From Octopus sinensis (taxonomy: Eukaryota): a stretch of 64,000 bases of DNA. Position 1 is the first letter of the stretch; each line of letters opens with the position of its first letter. This document shows positions 41,741 to 53,977 of the stretch, in pieces. The notes beneath the pieces are model-generated. The model searched no databases, was not told where the DNA came from, and saw nothing but the letters and a program-made list of their open reading frames with translations. The stretch spans positions 201,562,001 through 201,626,000 of the forward strand of contig NC_042997.1 in the NCBI RefSeq assembly GCF_006345805.1. Reading direction: 5' to 3'. Position numbers and translations under genes: made by a program.

Positions 41741-41899
41741 GGCGCAGGAGTGGCTGTGTGATAAGTAGATTGCTAACCAGCCACATGGTTCCAGGTTCAG
41801 TCCCACTGTGTGGCACATTGGGCAAGTGTTTTCTACTATAGCCTCAGCTGATCAAAGCCTTGTGAGTGGATTTGGTAAATGGAAACTGAGAGAAGCCCA

Positions 41900-41939
<40 letters not shown>

Positions 41940-41963
41940 TATACATATATATACATATGTCCA

Positions 41964-41996
<33 letters not shown>

Positions 41997-42047
41997 CATA
42001 TATACATATGTACATCTATATATTATATATATACACATATATACATA

Positions 42048-42094
<47 letters not shown>

Positions 42095-42232
42095 TATCTA
42101 TATATATATATGCATGTGTGTGTATATGTTTGTGTATGTATGGTGTCTCCCTACCTTGCTTGACAACCAATGCTGGTGTGTTTACATCCCCGTAACTAAG
42201 TGGTTCAGCAATAGAGACTGATAGAATAAGTA
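41741..42232 (+). mobile_element. SINE family A, followed by an inverted 3' half at 42269-42451
   Basis: Matches the family consensus. Confidence 0.8.
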
Positions 42233-42451
42233 AGCGAGCAAGACATATAAAGATACAATATATATATACTTGTTTTGGTCATTGTGACTGCAGCCATGCT
42301 GGAGCACTGCTTTTAGTCAAACAAGTCAACCTCAGGACTTATTCTTTGTAATCCTAGTACTTATTCTATTGGTCCCTTTTGACCAACCACTAAGTTACAG
42401 AGATGTAAACATACCAACATCGGTTGGCAAGTAATGGTGGGGAGACAAACT

Positions 42452-42770
42452 GGCACTCCGTCGGTTATGACAACAAGGGTTCCAGTTGATCCGATCAACG
42501 GAACAGCCTGCTCATGAAATTAACATGCAAGTGGCTGAGCACTCCACAAACACGTGTACCCTTAACGTAGTTCTCGGGGAGATTCAGCGTGAAACAGAGT
42601 GTGACAAGGCTGGCCCTTTTAAAATACAGGTAGAACACATTTTTGCCAGCTGAGTCGACTGGAGCAACAGGAAATAAAGTATCTTGCTCAAGGACACAAC
42701 ACTTCATAGGGAATTGAACTGACGACCCTATGATCATGAGTCAAATACCCTAACCATTAAACTATGTGCC
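42452..42770 (-). mobile_element. SINE with CORE-like centre (gtgtccttgagcaagatacttt) and a distinct tail
   Basis: The central region is shared with family E, and there is a tRNA-like remnant at ~42700-42770. Confidence 0.55.
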
Positions 42771-45700
42771 TTCATGAGACAAACACAGATACACAAATAC
42801 AGACACACGCACATACATATATATATATGGTGGGTTTCTTTCAGTTTCCATCTACCAAATCCACTCACAAGGGGCTTTAGTAGAAGACACTTGCCCAAGG
42901 TGCCACACAGTGGGACTGAACCCGGAACCATGTGGTTGGGAAGCAAGCTTCTTACCACAGAGCCATGTTTGTGCCTTGGATGTATTCTTCAAAGAGAAAT
43001 GGACCGTGTAAATTCTGAGGAAAAAAGACAAAACCTAAGTATATTTATAGAATTTATTCAAATCGATCAATTGAAGTCACATGATTAAAAATTTTTTAAA
43101 ATCATGGAAACTCCTCTTCCATTTGAAAATTAGATACAAAAGGTGTCAAAATCGATAAGTTATCAATTATGAATTTAGAAAACACTTTTATACTTGGAGA
43201 GAAATGTCTACAAAGAAAATAAGTTAGTTCTGTCAGAAATGAAGAAATACAGCAGTCCATCATCATCATCATCATCATAATCATCCTCATCACCTCCATC
43301 CTCACCATGATCATTGTCGTCATCATCATTATCATCACCACCATCACCACCACCACAACCACTGCCGCCGCTACTACGACCACCACCACCATCACCATCA
43401 CTACCACTACCATCACAAGCACTACTACCATCACCACGGCCATTATCATCATCATCATCATCATTATCATCATCATCATCATCATCACCACCATCACCAC
43501 CATCACCATCACTACCTCTATCATCCCCAGCACTACTACCATCACCACCACCATTACCATCGTCATCATCAGCACCACCACCACCACCACCACCACAACT
43601 ACTACCACCACCACCACCAACATCATTATCACTTTAACATCCACTTTTCCATCACACGATGTCAGCCAGAGGTATACATACAAACACACACACACACACA
43701 CATACCAATGGCACCACGGAGTGGGACTGAACTTGCTGCTGTGTGGTTCGGGAAGCAATCCTTTCGTCCACGCATCCACACCATTTCCATGGGAGAAACA
43801 TTTAAAAATGTTGTCTGAGTTTCTAGTGATGATGACTTCTGTTGGCGTTGGTTTGCTTTTATTCAAAGCTTCGACTCTTATCAATGGAATATCTCATAAC
43901 ACAATCATTCCTGAAACAAAAGACAATTTTTCAGCATTCTTCCTGCAATAAAATTCCACCAAAATACAAAAAGAAGCCCTCTTTAACATAAGTGGTCTGT
44001 GTGTGTGTACATGTATATATACATATATATCTGTTGGTATGTACATATATGTATGTATATATGCATATATATATATATATATGTTATTTATATTATTATA
44101 TGATCGAATGCCATGCATCCATTTCGAAGTAAGTTTTATCTATATCTATATATATATGCATGTGTGTGTGTGTGTGTGTATGTATGTATATGCATATATA
44201 TGTGTGTGTGTATGTGTTTATGTATGTATATATGTGTGTGTGTGTATGTATATATATGTGTGCGTGTACATGTTTGTGTGAATATGTATATGTATATATA
44301 TGTGAATGTATATGTTTGCATATAGATATATATATATGTGTGAATATATATATATATGTATATATGTATATATGTTTGTGTGTGTGTGCAGAAAGTACTA
44401 TTTTTTTCTTGTGTTTTCTAATTTTCAAAACTTCTAGAATTTACAAGTGTCTACTTTCTCTGAAATATTCTTCATCTTAAAATAATGGTCTTTATTTCCA
44501 TATTTGTATGATAACAATCGAAATATCCTTTCTAATTTTTGGCACACAGCCAGAAATTATGAGGGGAGGGGGAAGTTGATTACATCAATCCAGGTGCCTC
44601 AAATGGTAATCATTTTATCGACCCTGAAAGGTTGAAAGACAAAGTCAACCACAGCAGAATTCAGAACTTAAAGACAGCTGAAACTCCACTAAGGATTTTG
44701 CCCAGCATGCTAACAATTATGCCAGCCCACTATTAATATCCCTTTTCACTAAAGGCACAAGGCCTGAAATTTTGTGGGGATGGAACTAGTTGAACTGGTG
44801 TTTCACTGGTATTTAATTTTTTGACCCCTTAATGGAAAGCAAATCAAGATTGAAATCAAAATGGAAATTGTACTTGTGACCGATGTCAGTGCCGCCTGAC
44901 TGGCACCTGTGCTGGTGGCACATAATAAGCACCATTTAAGCGTGGGTTGCATGCCAGTGCCGCCTGACTGGCTCCCCATGCCAGGGGTATGTAAAAAGCA
45001 CCATCCAAACGTGGTCGATGCCAGAACTGCCTGACTGACACCTGTGCTGGTGGCATGTAATAAACCTCACTAAAGCATGGGTCAATGCTAGTGCCGCCTG
45101 ACTGGCATCCATGCTGGTCGCATGTAATAAGTCCCATTCAAGTGTAGGTCAATGCCAGGACCACCCGACTAGCTCCCATGCTGGTGACACGTAAAAAGCA
45201 CTCACTACACTTTCGGAGAGGTTGGCATTAGGAAGGGCATCCAGCTGTAGAAACCTTGCCAGATCAGATTGGAGACTGGTGTAGCCTCCTGGCTTGCCAG
45301 TCCCCAGTCAAACTGTCCAACCCATGACAGCATGGAAAACGGACATTAAACGATGATGAATGGGTAAACGGACAAAATACCTATTTCTTTACTACCCACA
45401 AGGGGCTAAACACAAAGGGGACAAACAAGGACAGACAAACAGATTAAGTCGATTACATCGACCCCAGAGCATAACTGGTACTTAATTTATTGACCCCGAA
45501 AGGATGAAATGCAAAGTCGACCTTGGTGGAATTTGAACTCAGAATGTAACGGCAGACAAAATACTGTTAAGCATTTCCCCCAACATGCTAACAATTCTGC
45601 AAGGTCACTGCCCACAGCCCACTACTAATATTCTTTTATACTCAAAGCAACAAGGCCAGAAATTTTGGGAGAGGGGGCCAGTTGATTAGATCAACCCCAG

Positions 45701-46626
45701 TATGCAACTGGTACTTAATTTATCGACCCCAAAAGGATGAAAGACAAAATTGTCCGCTGCCGAATTTGAACTCAGAATGTAAAGATAGACAAAATACCAC
45801 AAAGCATTTCACCCAGCATGCTAACATTTCTGCCAGTGCACCACCTTGCCCACTACAACTAATATTAACATGATTATATCCAATAGAAATAACTCTGTTT
45901 CATGCTAGTATCAAAGCAGAGTCCTTTGTTATTTTCTTATCAAAAATCGCAAATATATAACACAACTATATTTCTGCTCCCAGAAATGTAGTGGCTACCA
46001 CTCCAGATAATTTAACTAACAAATCTGACTATTATATTCTTCTGTTTTTAGAAAGTCTTGTATTATTTTGATCTACCGTTTGACTAGCTGTCACCCTAAA
46101 CTACCTTCTTCTCTATTTTGTTAAATTGTTTTTCTTTGAACAGAACCTTTAAAACAGAAACGATACAAAGGAAATATAACAAATTAACCAGACAATAAGT
46201 TCCAAATATATATTTCCATATTGCAACTTGACACAAAAGTTATTTCCATCATGTAGTAATATAGTGATGTGTTAATGTGCTAAATTGGTCTGATAATGAT
46301 AAGATGCCAGGTTAATTGGATGCGACTCTCCTGTAACTGTAGCAAGATTTGGTTGGCCATCAATGGTTTAGAACCTTGAACCTATGCTATTATAACATTG
46401 CTAAATTGCTAAATTGTGCTATATATAGACTTGTTTATGGTATATTTATACCTATAACGAAATTTTTCAACTATTATTTTCATATTCGTATTACTTGCTC
46501 TGGATGTTTTTTATGAATATGATGAATCTTTATTAGAAATAATTGTTTTCTCACTTTTTGGATCTCTCCAAAAGTTTGAATTGTTATTTTTGAACTTTTT
46601 TTTTCTCCTACACACACACACACACA

Positions 46627-46666
<40 letters not shown>

Positions 46667-46799
46667 ATGAGGGTGTCTAAAAGACACCAACATGCCGAAA
46701 TAGCAGTCGAAACACTGACTATAGTACCACGTTAAATGTTCACATCGCACCGTGAGGTAAAGCGGAGGGACAAAACATACAAGCAAAAATTAATGAATA

Positions 46800-46859
46800 A
46801 TTCAAGATCCAAGGATTTCTGGTTCTGCTTTAGATAAGCTTTACCGTCATCAATTGAAT
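46800..46859 (-). ncRNA. Mirror copy of the hammerhead-like motif (left arm of palindrome)
   Basis: Exact reverse complement of 47085-47144. Confidence 0.6.
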
Positions 46860-47084
46860 ATATCAAGGGTACATAAATACAGATATATATATGCACAGCA
46901 AACGATATACTTACATATACGAGCGTCGTACATACATACATATGCACGTATGGACACGGTGATTTGGCGGGCGATTCAGACTGGCTGTGTCCATACGTGC
47001 ATATGTATGTATGTACGACGCTCGTATATGTAAGTATATCGTTTGCTGTGCATATATATATCTGTATTTATGTACCCTTGATAT

Positions 47085-47144
47085 ATTCAATTGATGACGG
47101 TAAAGCTTATCTAAAGCAGAACCAGAAATCCTTGGATCTTGAAT
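47085..47144 (+). ncRNA. Type I hammerhead-like motif, C3U variant (right arm of palindrome)
   Basis: Stem I ATTCAA/TTGAAT. Core TTGATGA. Stem II CGGT...ACCA with an inner GCTT/AAGC hairpin. GAAA at 47125-28. Stem III ATCC-TT-GGAT. AUC cleavage predicted after 47138. Confidence 0.6.
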
Positions 47145-47378
47145 TATTCATTAATTTTTGCTTGTATGTTTTGTCCCTCCGCTTTACCTCATGGTGCGAT
47201 GTGAACATTTAACGTGGTACTATAGTCAGTGTTTCGACTGCTATTTCGGCATGTTGGTGTCTTTTAGACACCCTCATTTTTAATTGTTAAAAGTTTTTTT
47301 ACCTTTGTAAGGTATTTCTTTCATGCTGGCCACTTGATAATTTCGACACTTAAATATCGATATTATCCTCATATATAA

Positions 47379-47409
<31 letters not shown>

Positions 47410-47835
47410 GGAGCATGAAGTTTTGTCAGTGAACAGGTAGTGGTCTCAAAGCGATGAAAATATTTTGACAAATTATATTTAAATGTTGAAGTGAATCTAA
47501 CGGTTTTGTGTGTTTCTTAAATGGCTTATAAACACCTTCCACACTGCAATTGTTTATACATATATATACTAGAAATACCCAGTGTTGCTGTGTCACGTAG
47601 AATTGAAGAATTAGACTTTTCTTTTATATTTTCTCTAATGAACTGGAATACCTATGATTCGAATTTCATCAAAATTGGAGACTAAGAATTTTAATGAGGG
47701 TTCTTTCACTCTTTACACACCCTAAAAAAAATTCTAATCATGACACATTTATCCCATACCACTCATCTTTATGCCCAGATTCCAAAATCCAAATCTTATA
47801 AAACCTATTCAAAGGTTTTTGCTCCTGAAAAATGT

Positions 47836-47867
<32 letters not shown>

Positions 47868-47868
47868 T

Positions 47869-48095
47869 TCAAAATGTAACTACATGTAGATCGTTGGCAA
47901 TTTTTTCCTCTATTTTCCATTTCTCCTGGCCTCTCCTCTGTCTCTGTCTCCTGTTTCTGAAGAAGAGCTTTGCTCGAAATATAAAACTACCTTTCTTTCC
48001 TTCCCTGAGCCTCTGTTAATACTTTGCATGTGTCACGTTCTCATGCTGTTGTTGTTTTCTTGTGTTTTTCCTTCGACTTGTTAGATTAATTATAT
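47869..48095 (+). mobile_element. Penelope-like 3' end/pLTR fragment within (TA)n
   Basis: Minimal HHR followed by ctgagc...taata...cacgt...gttgttgtttt...gattaatta. It is similar to 17960-18120 on the minus strand and has (TA)n on both sides. Confidence 0.5.
47953..47987 (+). ncRNA. Minimal type I hammerhead (Penelope-type, predicted to act as a dimer)
   Basis: GTTT CTGAAGA A GAGC-TTT-GCTC GAAA TA T A AAAC. All core bases are present, stem III is the palindrome ATAT, and stem I is GTTT/AAAC. Confidence 0.7.
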
Positions 48096-48097
48096 AC

Positions 48098-48142
<45 letters not shown>

Positions 48143-48366
48143 CACTTTTTTCCATATATGTATATGCGTACCCATGTGCTTTTCTGTATGTATGTGTATA
48201 TTGAGATATATTTGTATGTGCACATATACGTATATAAGTGTGTAGATGTGCGGGCTCGGTATATGTACGTGTGTGTATGTATTTATATGTATACGGGTAC
48301 GTGTGTAGAGGTGTGTATGTTTATATGTATATATGTATTTAGTTATGTGCGGGTTTGGGTATCTGT

Positions 48367-48594
48367 GCGAGCTGGCAGAAACGTTAGCACGCCGGGCGAA
48401 ATGCTTAGTGGTATTTCGTCTGTGTTACATTGTGAGTTCAAATTCCGCCGAGGTCGACTTTGCCTTTCATCCTTTCGGGGTCGATAAATTAAGTACCAGT
48501 TACGCACTGGGGTCGATGTAATTGACTTAATACCTATGTCTGTCCTTGTTTGTCCCCTCTGTGTTTAGCCCCTTGTGGGTAATCAAGAAATAAG
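48367..48594 (+). mobile_element. tRNA-derived SINE family C (Meta-domain-like centre). Other copies at about 4321-4552, 20920-21150, 35283-35495, 36450-36640, 40365-40510, 40910-41110, 44525-44830, 45382-45840 and 61652-61860
   Basis: gagctggcagaaacgttagc...gagttcaaattcc (B box)...gcctttcatcctttcggggtcgataaattaagtaccag. Confidence 0.75.
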
Positions 48595-49406
48595 TATGTA
48601 TGTATATGTGTATCCCTGTCGCTACTTTCATACGGGTGTATGTATGTATATATGTGTGTGTGTGTATGTATATGCATGCATGAATGTGTGTATATGTTGA
48701 CTGATAATAATATGGTCCCAGACATTTTTTATGAGAAAGCAGATAAACTATTTAGCCACACACCAACTTGGAGCAGACAACATATACTGACCATCCGCTT
48801 GCTCCCCTGATAATTAAGTCTTAATTTATGACACCCACCAATACATCCCAAAGCTTCACTAACTGGCATATATTTTTTCTGTACTTACTTTATCTTTATG
48901 TCCACCTTTTTATTTCTTTACCCCTTTATATTTCTTTATCCCTTTATATTTTATTTTTATTTTTATTTTTTATTCTTATTTTTCGCCTTTATTTTTTTCC
49001 CTTCTTTATCTTTATTTATTTATATTTCCATGTTTTTTCACGGCTACACTGTCACAGTATAGCTCTGGACACTTTGTATATTCATATTCTTATATACTTT
49101 TTATATTGTTTTATATTTTTTTTGTATTTTTTTAATTTTTACTCTTTTATTACATTTTGCACCTACTACTTTCCCTCTGTGTGATCCCAAACTCATTAAA
49201 GATTCACCCCCCTCCAACTCCTTCCCTCTTTATCTCAACAACCAACCTCCTCATTCTACATCCAGGGAACAACGGTATGGACGCTTTGTTTTTGTTTTGG
49301 TGTCTCACTCTGCTGTATACGACTATGAGGATTTGCATCCCCAACGAAAATCGTCTTTTTCCCAAACTTATAATGTAATATATGTCCTTGGTGTGGTAAT
49401 TGTACA

Positions 49407-49491
49407 CGGCTGAGGAAGGCTATTGACATACATATTACATCAATTATGCATTGATATAAACTGTCTAATAAAGCCAGAAACATATGTACCG
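49407..49491 (+). ncRNA. Type I hammerhead ribozyme motif with long branched stem II
   Basis: Stem I CGG/CCG (short). CTGAGGA at 49410-16. Stem II GGC/GCC, TATT/AATA, GACA/TGTC, ATCAAT/ATTGAT. GAAA at 49477-80. Palindromic stem III ACATATGT. GUA cleavage predicted after 49488. Confidence 0.65.
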
Positions 49492-50079
49492 CTAAATCCT
49501 TTGCATCCTGTTTTTCTTTTGATAAATATATATATATATATATGCATGCACACATACCAAGGTAAGAAACATTAAATAGACATCAAATTCCAACATACAT
49601 ACCCAACTCATTCCAATCTTACTAGTCCTTCATCAGCCATCAGATTTCAGTGAGTTTTACTCCCATTGTGAAATTATTTTTAAAACTGCTGTCATTAAGC
49701 CAATAATAAACACACACACACACACACTGGTTTTGTTTCACTTCTTTAAGTTTTATTAGTCAATTGGTTAACCATTTAACTGCTTGATTACTCAGTTGTT
49801 AGATTAAGTTGGCTAATTAATCAAATAACCTAGCTTCATCATGGTCCAATCATCCCCATTCATGACCCTATTAGACCTTCTGTCACTATTCATGGCCTCT
49901 TCAATGACATTTCCTCTCATTTCCGGGTCTGCTATTCCTGGAATAAAGGGAGCATATCATTGATGAGGTCTTGTATCATAATGAAAGGACTCCAATACAC
50001 CCACCTCATTACCTGACTGCTCAAAGGATTAATCAACCAGTCAGTTAGTTAATTGGTTAAATAATCGACAGTTATAAAA

Positions 50080-50479
50080 AGGAGTGGCTGTATGGTAAGT
50101 AGCTTGCTTACCAACCACATGGTTCCAGATTCAGTCCCACTGCGTGGCACCTTGGGCAAGTGTCGTCTACTATAGCCTTGGGCTGACCAAGGCCTTGTGA
50201 GTGGATTTGGTAGACGGAAGCTCAAGGAAGCCCATCGTATAAATGTATATATACATATGTGTGTATGTTTGTGTGTCTGTGTTTGTTCCCCTAGCATTGC
50301 TTGACAACCGATGCTGGTGTGTTTATGTCCCCGCCACTTAGCGGTTCGGTAAAAGTGACTGATAGAATAAGTACTAGGCTTACAAAGAATAAGTCCCGGG
50401 GTCAAATTACTCGACTAAAGGCGGTGCTCCAGCATGACCATAGTCAAATGACTGAAACAAGTAAAAGAGTAAAAGAGTA
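50080..50479 (+). mobile_element. SINE family A
   Basis: Matches the family consensus. Confidence 0.85.
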
Positions 50480-51105
50480 AGTGTTGTTTATTCTCGACAT
50501 AATGACCCTCCCTAGACACAACAAAATCTGTTTCATTACAACAGCTCACATCAAGAATCTTTGTACACCAAATGCAAAATAGAAATATTCAACATATTTT
50601 TGGCTTTTAGTAGATTTACCGACATGTCACTTGAGTCTCTAAGACTGATGAAGGAAGAGAGGAAGTTATTCTTTTACCAAAGATATGCTTCAAATACTCT
50701 TGGAAACCACATCTGCTCTAGGCACCCGGCGGGTCGGTAGGAAGGTTAAACCAGGTGACAGAAGTTACCTCCAAGTGTAGTGATAATAAAATGGTAAATG
50801 ATATCTGTATGCCTTCCATGACAGCCATGCTGTTTGGTTAATGGATTAATGGAGGAGAAAATTAATAGAGTCAAAAGGATAGAAAAAAGATTGGAAAATG
50901 ATTTAAGCATGTTATTTACAAGTGACTGCTGGATAAAGGCAGTTTGCTACAGCATGTAAATGCACGTGAAGTTAATTTGAAATTTCTGGCTAACAGGACT
51001 CTCTATGCTACTGCAAATAACAATGATGATAACAACAACAACAACAACAATAACAATAATAATAATAATAATAATGATAATAATAATACCAATAACGACA
51101 ACAAC

Positions 51106-51136
<31 letters not shown>

Positions 51137-51153
51137 TAATAAAATTTTTGATA

Positions 51154-51205
<52 letters not shown>

Positions 51206-51317
51206 TAATAATAATAACAACAATAATAATATTATAATAATAACAATGCTAATAATAATAACAACAATAATAATATTATAATAATAACAATGATAATAAT
51301 AACAACAACAACAATAA

Positions 51318-51355
<38 letters not shown>

Positions 51356-51356
<1 letters not shown>

Positions 51357-51885
51357 TCTCATGGCTTCTGATCTTAACTGATTGGAAGTGTTATCATGTA
51401 CATTGTTTTGTCTTGGTATAAAAGATGGGCTACAGCAAATATTCTGCTCAATACCACAGATTTGCTTGTCAGTTGTTTGACCATAACCAGTTGAGCATGT
51501 CCCTTAGTGGCTGACGATATGTGCATCTCTGATCACGAGCAGAAGTAGTGGGGGAGCATCATAGCCATGTGTTGAGAAGGATTCTTTGGGGTTTGAATAA
51601 TTCACCTCTGGAAACATGGGTGTTTCGTTCAACGTCCTTAAACAACCCTTATTCAGGGACCTTTTGAGCGGGATGGGTTACTCGATCTGAAGAAAATTCT
51701 AACTGGGCTCCACCTGCAAGGTCATGTGCTGTTTATCTTGATATGAGATCACCATGTCGTGCACATATGGTTGTGATGCATGTGCCTGGTGTACCCTTAT
51801 CAGACGGGTAGTCATGATGGGTATACTGGGCTTCTTATATTTTACCCCAGTGTCACTTTGATGGCATGCTCTGCTCGCTCACTCA
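51356..51885 (+). mobile_element. Dong-like 3' UTR-type repeat in an (AAT)n array
   Basis: Reverse complement of the 8359-8823 family. Long (AAT/AAC)n tracts on both sides. Confidence 0.7.
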
Positions 51886-52036
51886 ATAATAATAATGATA
51901 ATAATAATAACAACAATAATAATATTATAATAATAACAATGATAATAATAATAACAACAATAATAATATTATAATAATAACAATGATAATAATAACAACA
52001 ACAACAACAACAACAACAACAGCAACAATAATAATA

Positions 52037-52071
<35 letters not shown>

Positions 52072-52953
52072 TAATAATAATAATAGTAACAATAATAATA
52101 TTATAATAATAACAATGATAATAATAATAAAACAATTTAGCAGAACCTTAGTTTTCAGTTCTCAGTCCTCTTTCACATACACTATATCAATGCAAATCAT
52201 AAATTACCCACCCCCACCGCTGCCCCCTTGCAAAACATCCAGACTTGCTGTTTCTTGAGGTCTCTCTCTCTCTTTTACTCTTTTACTTGTTTCAGTCATT
52301 TGACTGCGGCCATGCTGGAGCACCGCCTTTAATCGAGCAACTTGACCCCGGGACTTATTCTTTGTAAGCCCAGTACTTATTCTATCGGTCTCTTTTTGCC
52401 GAACCGCTAAGTGACGGGGACGTAAACACACCAGCATCGGTTGTCAAGCAATGCTAGGGTGACAAACACAGACACACAAACACACACACACACATATATA
52501 TATATGTGAAAACCCCGGAAGAGCATGAATGAAACAAAGCAACAATATTGTAAGTATTAATAGTGGTGATGATGATGATGATGATGATGGTTATGATGGT
52601 GGTGGTGGTGGTGATGGTGATAGTGATGATGATGATGGGGATGGTGATAGTGATGATGATGATGATGATGATGGTGAGGATGATGATGATGATCATCATC
52701 ATGATCATCATGATGATGGTAATGATGGTTATGGTAATGATGGTAATGATGGTTATGATGATGGTGGTTGTGGTGATGATGATGATGATGCTAATGAACA
52801 TAAAGAAGAATGGACTGCTACTAAGCATTCTGCATTTTGCCTGGCATGCTAATGATTCTCTCAGTTCACCACCTTTCAGTTTGAGAGTAAGAAAAAGTAA
52901 TGACAAGATGCATTTTGAGCGTGGATTAAAAACACAGTAAGTTATTTTTTTTT

Positions 52954-53221
52954 TACATTATTTACATTATTTACTTTTGACGGATATTTTGTCCGCATCT
53001 TGTTTGTTGTTAACCCAGCGTTTCGGCTGATATACCCTCCAGCCTTCATCAGGTGTCTCGGGGAAATTCCTAAAGTATTTTTCAATGCTATTATTATCAT
53101 TATCATTATTCAGGTCACTGCCTGAAATCGAACTCGGAATCTTGGGGTTAAGAGCAGGCTACTAAGCCCAAGATTCCGACTTTGATTCCCAGCAGTGACC
53201 TGAATAATAATAATAATAATA

Positions 53222-53259
<38 letters not shown>

Positions 53260-53774
53260 GTAATAGTAATAATAAATTGAAAGACTTCAGACAAAGAACA
53301 TGCCTCCTCATTGATATTACTGTCCCAATCGATATAAATGTATCTGTCAAGACCTACCAAAAACTGAGCAAATATAAAGATCTTGAAATAGAAATCAGCA
53401 AAATGTGGAACCTGAAGACTAAAACAATACCTGTTGTCATAGGTGCCCTGGGAATGATAGCGAAAGGGGCTGATTGCTACCTAACTCAGATACCAGGAAA
53501 CCCCAAAATGGCAGAAATTCAAAAGATAGTGCTCATGGGAACTGCTCATATCCTACGCAAAATACTCTCTATGTAATCCCAAGGTTTAAAACAAACTTTT
53601 TTTTTTTTTAATTACGTATTAGACATTCACTGGTACAACACCAAAAAACAAAACACCCAAATATTTGGCACACTAAGCATAACAACAACATGAACTTCCA
53701 ACCTGTTGTCTCTTGAGGTCTCTGGGTGAGACTTGGAGCCAACTTGTACAGACATAAAGCAAAAGTCAAACATA

Positions 53775-53848
<74 letters not shown>

Positions 53849-53977
53849 TCGAAATATGCCTTAGGAATGAGAACCCAGGTTTGAAATTTCCCCAAGACAG
53901 AAGATGAGGACACATATCTGTCAAATGTAAATAATGTAAATAATGTGCATAATTTCTCTTCTCTTAGATATAGAACT
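52954..53977. mobile_element. Head-to-head composite: tRNA-like head + (AAT)n + HHR pLTR-like segment, with a nested Dong-like insertion
   Basis: The minus arm (52954-53150) has an HHR core at 53021-53052 and a B-box-like GAGTTCGATT. The plus arm runs from ~53145 to 53977 with an internal deletion. Candidate TSD AGTAAGTT at 52936-43 and 53980-87. Confidence 0.7.
53277..53775 (+). mobile_element. 5'-truncated R4/Dong-like non-LTR retrotransposon (restriction-like endonuclease C-terminus plus 3' UTR) in (AAT)n
   Basis: Open frame 53277-53576 reads ...CLLIDITVPIDINV...KLSKYKDLEIEISKMW...PVVIGALG...QKIVLMGTAHILRK, typical RLE motifs. (AAT)n lies on both sides. Confidence 0.85.

Larger units (their letters stand above)
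46659..47285. repeat. Long near-perfect inverted repeat (299-bp arms, 29-bp spacer), probable inverted Penelope-type pLTR pair
   Basis: 46659-46957 is the reverse complement of 46987-47285, with one mismatch found (46752 G / 47192 T). (TA)n tracts flank the locus. Confidence 0.95.

Noticed and set aside
47568-47838. Helitron-like MITE (ACTAG...ACCC start)
   Set aside because: Only a loose motif resemblance, with no second copy or clear 3' end in the window.
50640-50720. CTGATGA...AAGAG/CTCTT...GAAA as a hammerhead
   Set aside because: Stem III and stem I do not pair.
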